Notes: generated by a model from the sequence alone, not told the origin. A DNA stretch of 64,000 nt from Candidatus Spongiisociaceae bacterium (GCA_965262915.1 OZ253564.1:288001-352000), one strand, 5' to 3'. Positions 30,677 through 40,968 are shown, counted from the stretch's first letter. Made by a program: numbers and translations.

Positions 30677-30924
30677 GACCCTCCGATACCTCATATCACA
30701 GTAAAATGGTTCCCATGCGAAGATACTTTCACTGCTATTCCACAATGCGGAACAGTTTTGTATCGTGGAATAGCGTTAAGTGATTGTGTCAGTAGTATGA
30801 TGGAGTGAGGGTGCCGGAGGGGGCTGTGCGTCCTTCGCTTTAAGACCCTCACTCCCCCCGGCACTCCCGACTTACAGGAAGGGAGAAGGCTGGCAGTCCC
30901 GTTTTGGGCTGTCCAGCCGTTGCC

Positions 30925-32136
30925 ATGTTCAATAATCGAGTTATTGCTACTTCACTAGCTGCTATTCTAATTGTTCTCGCCGCTAGCCCGGCGTTCGGCC
31001 AGTCCGGGCCGATGCCGGAGAACTGGTACAGGAACACCGACCCGCATGATCTGGTCGGTGACTACAAACGCAATCTTCCTCGCAGTGTCACAGTTGATGT
31101 GTGGGATGTGTGGGTGTGTGATCCGGTGGCAGCACCGTTGTACGTTGAGGCGTTTCCTTCATTGACCGACCGTTTCGGGTACACATCTAGGATGGTGGCT
31201 GACTGGCTGAACTACGAGTCATCCATTGACAATTATTTTCATTGGCTGTCTGACGGCAAATATGATCTGCTGTTCATGGATGCAGGGTTTGTTTCACCGG
31301 ACCTGTCGGATCGTTCGTTCTCAGAGTACAGCGATTTCCGTGTGCGGCACAGAGCATGCGAGGATGCTGTTGTGTCAGCGGCTGGGGAAAGCGAAGCTGA
31401 TGGTGGTTTGATTGTGGACACAACCCGTACCTTCGGCACCGTTTCCGGGACCGCTACCGCAGGCAAAAGCAATTGTGCGGGGGAGAACGGTTGTGTGCCG
31501 TATACCGACCCTAACAGTCACCGATTCGTTTTTGTGGATGGTAGCGTGTGGGTAGATGCGTATATTCATGAGATAGGCCATTCGATTAACTGGTCTCATT
31601 CGTACTTCGCTGTTACAGGTGTGGAACATCCATCTGAGTATACGAACCCTATGGATGTGATGAGCGGAAGTACTGGCTGGTTGGGGACAATAGCGATTAA
31701 CCGTTACGCTGCCGGTTGGATTGATCCTGACGATGTGAAAGTGTGGACGTTGGGCGACAGAACCGCAACGTTCCGTCTCAACCCTGTACGTGTGTCAGGT
31801 GGCTATCAAATGTTGGTGATTCGGGATGGGCACAACACATCGTATTACACGTTTGGGGCGAGGGTAAGAGCCGGATACGATAGGCACATACCTCAAGAGG
31901 GTGTGGAGTGGTATATCGTTGACGAGTCGAAGTATGTCGAGTGCGGCTGGACGTGGTGTTCTGGTGCGCGGCGGCAAATCACGACCATTGGGAAACCCCG
32001 AAGCACTGACCATGTGCTTACGGAAACCGAGTCGGTAGTTGTGCCGTTGTGGGACGGTGAGGATTGGGTGGATGTGTTGGTGTGGGTGGAGAAGCGTAGG
32101 GGCGATTCGTTTGATGTGCTGGTCAGCTACGAATAA
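30925..32136 (+). CDS. Secreted zinc metallopeptidase (M6/M11-like)
   Basis: Signal peptide; HEIGHSINWSH zinc motif; Met-turn-like PMDVMSG. Confidence 0.85.
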   Translation: MFNNRVIATSLAAILIVLAASPAFGQSGPMPENWYRNTDPHDLVGDYKRNLPRSVTVDVWDVWVCDPVAAPLYVEAFPSLTDRFGYTSRMVADWLNYESSIDNYFHWLSDGKYDLLFMDAGFVSPDLSDRSFSEYSDFRVRHRACEDAVVSAAGESEADGGLIVDTTRTFGTVSGTATAGKSNCAGENGCVPYTDPNSHRFVFVDGSVWVDAYIHEIGHSINWSHSYFAVTGVEHPSEYTNPMDVMSGSTGWLGTIAINRYAAGWIDPDDVKVWTLGDRTATFRLNPVRVSGGYQMLVIRDGHNTSYYTFGARVRAGYDRHIPQEGVEWYIVDESKYVECGWTWCSGARRQITTIGKPRSTDHVLTETESVVVPLWDGEDWVDVLVWVEKRRGDSFDVLVSYE

Positions 32137-32151
32137 GAAGGGGAGAACACG

Positions 32152-32337
32152 ATGGCCAACAGACCGGAATGGACGAACGAGGACATGGCCAAACGGCTAG
32201 AATGGCTTTACAGGGTCACCGAGAACGCTTTCGCTCTGCTAGAGAGGAAAGGACTGAGCGGAGACTATGAGCCTAGCCTGTGGGACCAGGCTATCGAGCA
32301 GACGAAGGAGGACCAGGCTGGGTCGCGCCCTGCCTGA
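32152..32337 (+). CDS. Small hypothetical protein
   Basis: GGGGAG RBS; follows the peptidase gene closely. Confidence 0.5.
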   Translation: MANRPEWTNEDMAKRLEWLYRVTENAFALLERKGLSGDYEPSLWDQAIEQTKEDQAGSRPA

Positions 32338-32642
32338 TTGCCTCTGCTCTTTAGCCTAACCTCAGATTTCATCGCCTGCCAGACTATCTCACGCTGGCGG
32401 TCCATGCGGTTAATTTGTTCGTCGATAGCTTGACGCTTCGCAAAGTTCATAGCCGCTATTGTACTGTGACCACCGTGTCCAGCCGTACTCGCAATGGGAG
32501 ATAATAATGGATACACCAGGTCGGGACACCTACCCAGGGCCGATGCGCCGGGCCTTCCACAACGGAGACCCCAGGTGGAAAATTCGCCTAGACCAGCTAA
32601 CAGCAGAAGCCGCCCGAAGACGGCTCCCACAACTGAAACGGA

Positions 32643-33035
32643 TTGTTCTACCGGGTCATGAGCCTCCGTCCTTACGCCGTGAGGACCGCTGGCTCAACTG
32701 AGTCGAGGACTCCGCAGGAACCCTTCGGGGGCAGCTGGGACGAGATCTGGCAGTCTGTGGCCCGGGCCGACAGCATCGACGTGGAAACAGTCGCCGCCTA
32801 CTGCCAAATGGTGGATGGTGGGGCGGCTCTGCGAGCAAAGGTCGGGTTCTTCTTGGACCAGCACCGCGACGAGTGGGGCATCGAAGACGACGACCTAGCC
32901 CCGTTCCGTCCCCCTGCCGGCTGTGCGCCCGTCTATCTCGACGCTGCACCCCACCCCCGGTGCCGCTACGTCAGGGAGTGGAACCTGATGGCCCCCGCCG
33001 AGGTTCTTGAGCGCAAATGGGAACTGGTCTACTAA
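32643..33035 (+). CDS. AbiEi-type antitoxin C-terminal domain (HTH missing)
   Basis: GSWDEIWQSV...AKVGFFLDQHR...WNLMAPAEVLERKW resembles the type IV TA antitoxin C-terminus. Confidence 0.55.
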   Translation: MFYRVMSLRPYAVRTAGSTESRTPQEPFGGSWDEIWQSVARADSIDVETVAAYCQMVDGGAALRAKVGFFLDQHRDEWGIEDDDLAPFRPPAGCAPVYLDAAPHPRCRYVREWNLMAPAEVLERKWELVY

Positions 33036-33232
33036 CACCACCCGGACAGGGGGAACGCTCTCGCCCGCCAGTTCCGCTCCGCCCTGACCACACTGGCCGA
33101 ACTCACAGCGAGAGCCGCACCGGCGCAGCGGATGGTGGTTCCCCTCAATCCCACCGAGGTGGAGTTCTTGGACCGGTTAGCCGTCCGGCTAGCGATCGAG
33201 GATCTCGACGCTGCTGTAGGCCGCCGACTGGC

Positions 33233-34416
33233 CTAGAAGCCGAGGGACAGCCTCCGGTCGGGGCCGCGGTCGTCGGCGTCGTCGACCTGGTAGTGGAGGC
33301 AGTGCGCTCCCAGCGTCTGGCAGGCGCATTCGCGGTCGCCGGCCAGCGTCGTGTCGGTCACCCGCCCGGCCCGTTGCGGGTCTCCCGTCATAGCAGCCAA
33401 CGTTCCCAGGTAGTCAACAGCGGCGTGGGCCGTTTCGTAGCTGGGGTAGGGAAGCGACGTGCGGATGACCGTCCCGGAGCGCCGGCGGGCTTCCAGCCGC
33501 CAGGTGTCGGGCGGTGTCGGTGGGAGGATCCGGACTGTGGCCGCGGCTTCGTCGTCTGTTGGGGGTATGTGGCCGACGCCTTGGGCTCCCCGCCAGGGCT
33601 GCCACCCGTCGAAGCGGATCGGGTGTGCACCGTTGACGACGCGCAGAGCGAAGTCGCTGGCGTCGAGTGCCGCCTTCTCTGTCGGGTACGGTGCCGAGTG
33701 CCCCAGCGGCGCCCCGTCTTCGTCGCGGGTGACCATCTCCCATCCTTGCGTTGATCGGGGGTTGGGCCGCACACTGACCGACACCTGGTTGGCCACCGGG
33801 GCGGCCAACTCGTCGAAGTGGTGGCAGCGCCGCTCCAGCTGTGGGCAGTCACATTCCCTGTCGATGCGGACCTGTCGGGGCTGCACCTGGTCGACGGAGC
33901 GGAGAAAGCCCACCGCCATGTCGGCTGCCCGATACGTCGGGTACAGGTGGGACTCCGCTTCCAGATCCCCATCCGGACGGTACGCCACCAGCTTCCACCC
34001 GTAGGGGACCGGCACCGGACGCACCCTCATAGCGTCGCCCCCCAACCGCCGGGGGCGGTACTCGGATCCCGGCTCCCAGTTAGCGAACCGAAGCGGGAGG
34101 CGGGCGCTGACCAGACCCGCAGCGAAGTCGCACGCCGCCGCAGCGTCGGACTCCGACGGGTACCTGCCCGAGGTCGCTACCGGCTCACCGTCGGGGTGGC
34201 GCACCATAAGCGTCCAACCCCATTCGGCGTCGTCTGGCTGGACGGTGAGGGAGGGGTAAGCCGGCTTGGTGGCGCTGGGCTGCTCGGGTACAAACGACGG
34301 CTCGCCTGGCTGGTCCTGGGACCACTCTTGGGGCTCGTCCCCGATACGTCGTCGGAGAGCAGCGCCGGCGGTTAGGAACCTCGCCCGCCACCCCTCCACG
34401 GTCCTCCCCACGGTGC
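33233..34416 (-). CDS. Protein with four YegP/DUF1508-like repeats and two SWIM-like zinc fingers; 5' end cut by IS21
   Basis: Four W.L...DG.....S..YP....A repeats; CDC-x6-CHH and CAC-x6-CLH. Confidence 0.65.
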
Positions 34417-34745
34417 TGTTGACGATCATTGAAAATCCCCAGACTCGATCACTGAAAATCCCCACCCTGTGACGGCAAATACCAGACGTTGAGTGGGGCC
34501 CTCTCCAAGCTGCTGACTGAGAGATTCGGCAGCGAGGAGAGGGAGCCCTGCCCCTGATGTTGGCACAGGAGGAATACGTGGAAGTACACGCGTTGAGGAA
34601 GCGAGGCTGGTCGATCTCGGCTATTGCCCGCCATCTGGGAAGAGACCGCAAAACAGTGCGTGCCCACCTGTCAGGTGAGCACGTGCCGGGCCGGCGGAGG
34701 CCGGCGGAGCCGGATCCGTTCGATACCTTCGAGGCTTATGTTCGG
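34417..34745 (+). mobile_element. istA: IS21 family left end with truncated istA
   Basis: TGTTGACGATCATTGAAAATCCCC with a second TGAAAATCCCC repeat; MLAQEEYVEVHALRKRGWSISAIARHLGRDRKTVR from 34557. Confidence 0.88.
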
Positions 34746-34994
34746 CTACTCGGCCCGGTCGTCGTCGGTCGTAGACCGCCCGACGAGGTACACGACCGCT
34801 AACAGGCACGCGGCCCACAACACAACATCCCACCACTGCGGGGCCGACCACAGCGAGGCCCGGTTGTCTGCCCCCGGTCCCCCAGCCCCCAGACGCGAAG
34901 CCCATGCTGCACCAGCGACGACGAGACGAGCCGTCGATACTCCCAGGGCAAAGAGGGCGTACGGTAGGAGCCGCCGGGCCCGGGCGGAGTTCAT
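34746..34994 (-). CDS. Small two-TM membrane protein
   Basis: ATGA overlap with the upstream gene; two hydrophobic stretches. Confidence 0.6.
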   Translation of the reverse strand: MNSARARRLLPYALFALGVSTARLVVAGAAWASRLGAGGPGADNRASLWSAPQWWDVVLWAACLLAVVYLVGRSTTDDDRAE

Positions 34995-35413
34995 GGCGTG
35001 CCTCGGCGGGTGCCGTCGCCCACGCGGCGGAGGGCCTCGAGGACAGCAGCCTGGTGGCGGGGGGGGATGGCCAGGCCGGATTCCCACCGTGACCACTCCG
35101 CTGCGTTGATACCGGCCCGTTGGGCTGCTTCGGCTTGGGTGAGCCCCGCCGCGTAGCGGCGGCCGCGGAGGGTGGTGACGTCGACGAGGTGGCCGGCGGG
35201 GATGTCGAGGGCGGCGGCGAGGTCTGCGAGTTGGTGGGCGTGGGGGGTGGTCTCGCCCCGTTCCCATTCGTGGATGCGCTGGCGTTGTGTTCCGGCTTTG
35301 TGGGCGAGTTGGGTGGGTGTGAGCCCGGCGTGCAGGCGGGAGGCTCGGAGCTTCCCGCCTGCGAAGGGGGCCCGGTGGCTGGTTGGCGCCATCGCCGGGA
35401 GCCTACCCCCCAT
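34991..35413 (-). CDS. Tandem XRE-family HTH regulator
   Basis: Two repeats: R..AGLT..QLA...WERG and R.AAGLTQAEAA...WESG. Confidence 0.85.
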   Translation of the reverse strand: MGGRLPAMAPTSHRAPFAGGKLRASRLHAGLTPTQLAHKAGTQRQRIHEWERGETTPHAHQLADLAAALDIPAGHLVDVTTLRGRRYAAGLTQAEAAQRAGINAAEWSRWESGLAIPPRHQAAVLEALRRVGDGTRRGTP

Positions 35414-36705
35414 CCCCGCTCCCGCCGCCGTTGGTGGCGGGTTCGTAGAGGCCGAGTTGGGCGGCTAGCCCTGCGATGATGTTGTACTCGTGGGGGTGGC
35501 GGTCGGCCCACCAGTGGTTGTGGAGCATCCGGTCAATCTTTTGGCGGATGAACGCCCGTGCCAGGGTCGGGGCGTCGACCGCGGCGATAGCTTCGGGTGG
35601 GTACTGCCAGGCGATGTCGCGGGTGGTGTGGTCGTGGGGGATGGGGATGAGCCGGTCCCCGTCCGGTACCTGCTGCAGGCTGCCCAGTGCCAGCACCCGC
35701 AGGGCGGTGTCGCACACGGTGGCCTCGTCGACGGTTTCGAGCCGGTCCCCAACCTCGAACATCAGCCGGGCGTAGGCGGCGGTGGCTTCCGCTTGGTGGG
35801 CTTTGCGGTCGGCGTCCTCTTGCGCTCCGATAGCGTCGTAGTCGGGGAGCTGCAGCCCGGAGTCACCGCCCGGCTCGTGGCGGCTCCGGTCTCGACACGA
35901 CGGCCGCTCCACGATAGGCGACCCCGGCCAGTCCCGGCTGAGGACGATGACATGGCAGGGCTCGGCCGTGTGAGCGTCCGCATCGAGGTCCCACAGTTGG
36001 CGCAGCGCCGTGTGGTCGGGGTCGGACCAGTACCGGCTGACGATGGCCGCTTTGTAACCGTCGGCTCGTATCTCGCTCACACGGGCTTCGAGTTCGTCCC
36101 TCGACTCGGCCTCTTTCAGCACCGTCTCGGTGGCGTGGACCGGCTTGGTAGCCAAGCTGGTCAGCTTGTGGGGTCCGACGTTGCGGTCGGCCAGGCGGCT
36201 GATCTGGTAGGCGTGGTCGACGGTGATGTCGCCTGCCCGTACCTTCTCCTGCACTTCGGCGGGTAGGGCCAGCAGCCGGAGCCGCTTGCTGACGTGGCCC
36301 TTCGAGCGGCCGACCCTGCGGGAGACCTTGCCCTGGGACCAGCCCGCCTCGACCAGCATGGCGAACCCGCGTGCCTCGTCGATCGGGTCCAGGTCCTCGC
36401 GGACCAAGTTCTCTACCAGGGTGGCAACCAGGCGCTCGTCGTCGCCGCCGACATCGACCACCACAGCTGGCACCCGGCTGAGGCCGGCCTGCTCCGCGGC
36501 GGCCACCCGACGGTGGCCCGCTACCAGCACCCACCGGCCGCCGCCGTTGGCGCCGTGGCTGGCGACCGTGACCGGGGTGTTTCAACGATCGTCAACACAC
36601 GGACTCCACCAGGGTGTCGAGGTCCCCAAGCCCGGTACGCACGTTGCGTCCCCGGTCCAGGTCCCCAATGTCGACCACCAGTACCATGCTCTGCTGTTCT
36701 GCCAT
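35403..36705 (-). pseudogene. parB: ParB/RepB/Spo0J family protein interrupted by an IS21 end scar
   Basis: AGHRR, ENLVREDLDPIDEA, HTH; N-terminus MAEQ...RNVRTGLGDLDTLVESV stops at the IS21 IR. Confidence 0.85.
36574..36597 (-). repeat. Solo IS21 terminal inverted repeat
   Basis: TGTTGACGATCGTTGAAACACCCC on the minus strand matches the end at 34417. Confidence 0.8.
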
Positions 36706-36988
36706 GATGCCCCTCCCTAGTTGCGTCCGCTTTACATAGAAGATAACACGGACCTATGACAAGTCTACGGCTGGCGGTGGGGCTCTACCCGAAACCGCTC
36801 GCCCAGCCCGGCGGTCTCCGCTCGATCCGGTTCGGGCGGGCATCCGAGTGCATGGCCACGTTCTCCCGGCCCTCAAAACGCCTCCTAGCCCTTCCGGTTA
36901 CGTTGGGTAACGTTCCGCATCCCGTTTTCGGGGGCTGCGGGGCCGTTTCCGACGGAAACGGCCAAGGGGCTGCCGGGCGGGCGGCGTT

Positions 36989-37552
36989 TCAGCCGAGGCC
37001 GGGTGGGAAACGGAAGGGCTGGCCGGCGTGGTCGGCGGTGAAGCTGTCGAACAGTGATGCCGGTGGTGGTTGGGACTCGGCGAGTAGCGCGCCGATCCAT
37101 CCTTCGACGTGGCCGAGGTCGCTGCGTGTGACGGTGCTGATCGTGTCGAGGTGGTGGTGGAGGCAGCCGGGTTCGAGTTGTGTGGTGGCGTTGAGCGCTT
37201 CGGTGGGTGGCCCTTCGGCGTGCCAGACACTGACGCTGGGGTCACCGAGTTTGGGTGCCGTCTGCCAGAACCGTACCTCGATGTGGTAGGCGGTGAGGAA
37301 CGCCGCAGTAGCGCCCCTCGTTTCGCCGGGTGGTTCCTCGGCCCAGCGGCGGGTGAACCCGTCGCCTAGGAGCAGCCGGACGGGACGGCCGTTGGGAACG
37401 ACGCCCGCCAGCCAGACCAAACCCACCGGGGCGGCTACCTCGACTGCCACGGTGAGCCGCCCGTGGCTGCTGCGCAGGAACTCGGCTATCCGCTGGGCGG
37501 ACGAAACCGTCGACCACGGCCTGTCGGCGACGTTGGGGGCGGGCTGGTTCAT
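36989..37552 (-). CDS. Hypothetical protein, possibly a degenerate PLD-like fold
   Basis: LTVAV...GLVWL...RPVRLLLGD...IEVRFW pattern; no HxK motif. Confidence 0.5.
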   Translation of the reverse strand: MNQPAPNVADRPWSTVSSAQRIAEFLRSSHGRLTVAVEVAAPVGLVWLAGVVPNGRPVRLLLGDGFTRRWAEEPPGETRGATAAFLTAYHIEVRFWQTAPKLGDPSVSVWHAEGPPTEALNATTQLEPGCLHHHLDTISTVTRSDLGHVEGWIGALLAESQPPPASLFDSFTADHAGQPFRFPPGLG

Positions 37553-37601
37553 GGTTACCGAGCCTAGCCCCGGGGGCCTGCCCTACCTCGGGTTTGGCTG
37601 G

Positions 37602-38399
37602 TCAGCCGCAGACCTCGGCCAGCGACTCGAGGACGGCCATCTCGTCGGGGTCGGCAGACAGCCCCCAGGTGGCTTTTACCTCGATCCACACCGCGACGTA
37701 GACGCACCACACGTCCTTGTTGGGGGGCAGCCACCCGGCGGGGTCCGACGCTGCTTTAGCCATGTTGGACGCCGCGCTGACAGCTACCAGCCCGTCCTCA
37801 GCGTTGGCGAAGGCCTCCCGCTGCTCGGCCGTCCACAACCGCGCGCCGGACTCCCACGCCTCGGCCAGCGGTACCAGATGATCGATGTGGAGGTGGTCGG
37901 GGTTCGTTGTCGTGGCGTCGTCGTACGCCGACCACCAGCGCCCCTCGACCACCCGGCACACCCGCTCCGGATGCAACACCACCTCGGTGTCGGAATCGCG
38001 GATCAGGACTTCTTGGCGTGTGTCGCACCCGTCGCCGTCGCCGTCGATCCAATGGGGGAACAGATCCCGGTCGTAGCCGCCCCACACCTCCGCCCCCACG
38101 ACCAGGCGGGACGGGTCAACAAGACGGGCGGTGGGCGGCGGGCCGGTAGCGTCGCTGCCGGCGGCCCCCGCCGTGGTGGTAGAGGAGTCCGGAGCAGCGG
38201 CGCCGGTGGCGTCCCCCGAAGACGTGGAAGCCGCCGTGCTGGTCGGGGTGGTGGCCGCCAGGGTGATGCGCAGCTCCCCCTGCGGTGTGTCCACCACGAT
38301 GGACCCCGGCACCTCGGGTGCCGGGTTCTGGCCTGCCCCACAGGCTGCCAGCCACACCGCTAGGACCACGACGGCCAGCGTCCCCAGCCGGGGGGTCAC
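37602..38399 (-). CDS. Lipoprotein HNH nuclease (DUF1524 type)
   Basis: Lipobox LAAC; GYDRDLFPHW, CDTRQEVLIRD, IDHLVPLAEAW, N..K motifs. Confidence 0.88.
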   Translation of the reverse strand: MTPRLGTLAVVVLAVWLAACGAGQNPAPEVPGSIVVDTPQGELRITLAATTPTSTAASTSSGDATGAAAPDSSTTTAGAAGSDATGPPPTARLVDPSRLVVGAEVWGGYDRDLFPHWIDGDGDGCDTRQEVLIRDSDTEVVLHPERVCRVVEGRWWSAYDDATTTNPDHLHIDHLVPLAEAWESGARLWTAEQREAFANAEDGLVAVSAASNMAKAASDPAGWLPPNKDVWCVYVAVWIEVKATWGLSADPDEMAVLESLAEVCG

Positions 38400-38647
38400 C
38401 CTTCGCGAACCGCTTCCGCCGGCGTTGCTGTGTGTGCGGCCCGTCCGGCGTCGCGGTGTTGGCGGACAGCGCGGGGGGTCACTCCCATAACCCGTGCCAT
38501 GTGCTTGAGGGTTACGCCGGCCTCGTCGGCCCGCACCACAGCCCGGCGGAACTGGGCGGTGGCCACGTCCACGGCGTGGATGCAGTCCGCCCGCTTCGAC
38601 CACAACTGCAACAACTCCGACAAGGCAAGGTTTTTCGCTGGATCCAC
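38396..38647 (-). CDS. Small HTH protein
   Basis: AGVTLKHMARVMGVTPRAV; GTGA overlap with the HNH gene. Confidence 0.7.
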   Translation of the reverse strand: MDPAKNLALSELLQLWSKRADCIHAVDVATAQFRRAVVRADEAGVTLKHMARVMGVTPRAVRQHRDAGRAAHTATPAEAVREG

Positions 38648-38752
38648 CGCAGTCTCCCGATCCCCCCAATACGTCCCGCTGGTGTTCCACTATAGGACAG
38701 GAACTCGCCGATCCGTCAGCTACTACCTCGGGTCGGGGAGCGCCGATGCTGG

Positions 38753-40030
38753 TTAGAGGGACAGCGCGAGGGCGGGGGTCTGGGGGTGGTGGTCGGCGGG
38801 GTCGAGCAGCGAAGCGGCTCCCAGCACCCGCTCGACGGGCAGCCCCGTGAGAGCCGCCGCCGCGGCGGCCAACTCCATGCGGGTGGCCGGGTCTGGTTGG
38901 GCGGAGATCACTTGGTGGGCGGCGGTGAGCTTGCGGCGGCGGGCGTCGAAGCTGCCCGCCCCCCGGTAGCCCGCCAACGTCGACACCAGCCGGGCCTCGG
39001 GCAGCGGCGTCGCTGAACGGGCGGCGGCCACCACAGCCTGGCGGGTGATATCGGCACCCTCGCCCGCAGGGGCCTGAGCGACGTACAGGTCGAGGTCGTG
39101 GCCACCGGGGTCGCTGTCGAGGAGGTGTCGGGTCGCTGCGTCGTTGGGGGTGAGCACCACAGCCCGGTCGCACCACCTCGACAGGGTGGCGACCTGGTCG
39201 GCTGTGGGGTGCGGGCCGCACGGAGCCACCGTGTTGGCCAGCCCGACCCGGTGGTAGGCAACCACCGTCGGATAGCCCGACACCACCACAGCGGTGGCTT
39301 CGCGGGCGATGGGCGACCGTGCCTGGCCGAACCCGAACAACGATCGGCCCCCCCGGCGGGGATGCTGCACACCACCGTTGCGGTCCTCAGCCGCGAAGCC
39401 CGACACCCGTTCGGGGCCGGTTACCACCGGGTACAGAACCCGGCCGAAATGCTGAGCGAACGGACGGCCGGGGCCGCGGCGGGCAACGCCGGCGGCCACC
39501 ATGTCGGGCTCGGACACGCCCAAGCGTCCCAGATGCTTCGGTATCACTGTGGGGTCGGTCGGTGCCCACCCGATGTGGAAAGCCCGCACGTCGTCGCTGC
39601 GGTAACGGTGCGTCCGTCTCAGATACGCCCGAGCCGCCGACCCAGAATCGTCGCTCACCAACAGCTGGTGGCAAAACATTGCGGCCTGCCAGCGGACAGC
39701 GTCGAGGCGCTGCGCCCGGCTGGGCCGTGCCATCGACGGGCCCAGATCGACACCTGCCCGGCGGGCTAGCAGATCGAGCGATTCGCGGAAGCCGACACCG
39801 TGGGTTTGCTGCACCCATGTCAGCGCATCCCCCGACGCGCCACACCCGAAGCAGTGGTAGAGCCCCCGCTCGCCGTCCACCGACATCGCCGGGGTGTCGC
39901 TGTTGGGATGGAACGGGCACATGGCCATAACCGACGCGGCGCCCCCGGCCCGCCTCACCTGGGTGACCTCTCCGATGAGGTCGACGAGGTCGGTAGCTTC
40001 TCGGACCAGCACCGCCGCCGCCGAACCCAT
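38753..40030 (-). CDS. DnaG-like primase homologue with degenerate TOPRIM domain
   Basis: CHC2 zinc finger CPFH...CFGC intact; EGYMD replaced by SGYPT; DxD replaced by PND. Confidence 0.85.
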   Translation of the reverse strand: MGSAAAVLVREATDLVDLIGEVTQVRRAGGAASVMAMCPFHPNSDTPAMSVDGERGLYHCFGCGASGDALTWVQQTHGVGFRESLDLLARRAGVDLGPSMARPSRAQRLDAVRWQAAMFCHQLLVSDDSGSAARAYLRRTHRYRSDDVRAFHIGWAPTDPTVIPKHLGRLGVSEPDMVAAGVARRGPGRPFAQHFGRVLYPVVTGPERVSGFAAEDRNGGVQHPRRGGRSLFGFGQARSPIAREATAVVVSGYPTVVAYHRVGLANTVAPCGPHPTADQVATLSRWCDRAVVLTPNDAATRHLLDSDPGGHDLDLYVAQAPAGEGADITRQAVVAAARSATPLPEARLVSTLAGYRGAGSFDARRRKLTAAHQVISAQPDPATRMELAAAAAALTGLPVERVLGAASLLDPADHHPQTPALALSL

Positions 40031-40075
40031 GCTGCCCTCCCTTCCGGTAGCTTGATGGGGTTTGTACACCACCGG

Positions 40076-40161
40076 GCCGGGCGCGACCGTACGACTAACC
40101 GTGCGAGTAGCCCCCAAACCGTGCGACTAACCGTGCGTCTGTCTCTGACCTGGGGTTTCGC
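40076..40161 (-). promoter_or_regulatory. ACCGTGCG repeat module upstream of the primase-like gene
   Basis: Four 8-mer copies plus TCTGTCTCTGACCTGGGGTTTCGCG; module recurs at 40452-40519 and, inverted, at 49228-49313. Confidence 0.65.
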
Positions 40162-40451
40162 GGACGCCGCCTGGGGGATGTGAGTCCCTGCTGCGGGTGG
40201 CTACTCGGCACAGCCGACCTGCCGGCAAGCAGCCTTCCTCGAGGAGTACGAAGCGCCCGTGTCTGGTCGGGCGGGGAAAGCACGGCGAAACAGCCGGGCA
40301 GCTTCCGCCGGTCCACACGCCCAGGCCGCCTCCCCTACGGCGAGGGGATCCGGTCGACGTAGGAGCTGGCCGAAACATGACGCATGGGACGGCTCCAGGG
40401 GTACCACCCGCGTGGGTAACAGCGGTACCCCCCGGGCCGCCCGCGCTGGCC

Positions 40452-40519
40452 AAACCGTGCGTTTACATCCCCAAACCGTGCGACTAACCGTGCGTCTGTC
40501 TCTGACCTGGGGTTTCGCG
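40452..40519 (-). repeat. Second ACCGTGCG repeat module
   Basis: Three 8-mer copies and the same 25-bp tail. Confidence 0.8.
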
Positions 40520-40968
40520 GGGCAGCGGTGCCGGCTCCCCGGCCGGGCCGACGGGGCGTGTCACCTCCCCCCCTCCCCAGGGTTACAGGGGTACCCCTGG
40601 GCGGGAAGCCGCAGAAGCCGGGCTCCACCTCTACGCGGTAGCGGGTAACGGGGGGATTTTGGGGATCTGGGTGGGCGGGTGTCGCCGTGTTGGGGCCGGG
40701 CCTTGGGCGGGGCGGGCCCGGTTTGCCCAGACCCGGAAGGGCCGGCTACTTGCCTCGGGAGGACGGGTGTGGGTCTGGGTGGGCTGTGTGCCGGGGCGGG
40801 TATTGGTGGGCTGACCTGGGGGTTTGGGGGTCTGGTCGGGGTTGGTGGCGGGGTGTACGGCGATAGGTGTGTGTGTGGTCGGGATGGGTGGTTCGGGTGT
40901 CGGGTGGTTGGGATGGGTGGGGCGGTGTCGGGTGGTTCGGTGCCGGGGTGGGTGTCCGGGCGGGGGGT

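Noticed and set aside
37602-39221. 539-aa ORF as a single gene
   Set aside because: The 5' half overlaps the primase-like and HTH genes in other frames; the real start is the lipoprotein signal at 38399
40076-40519. CRISPR-like array
   Set aside because: The repeats are 8-mers or a two-copy module without regular unique spacers, and no cas genes are present
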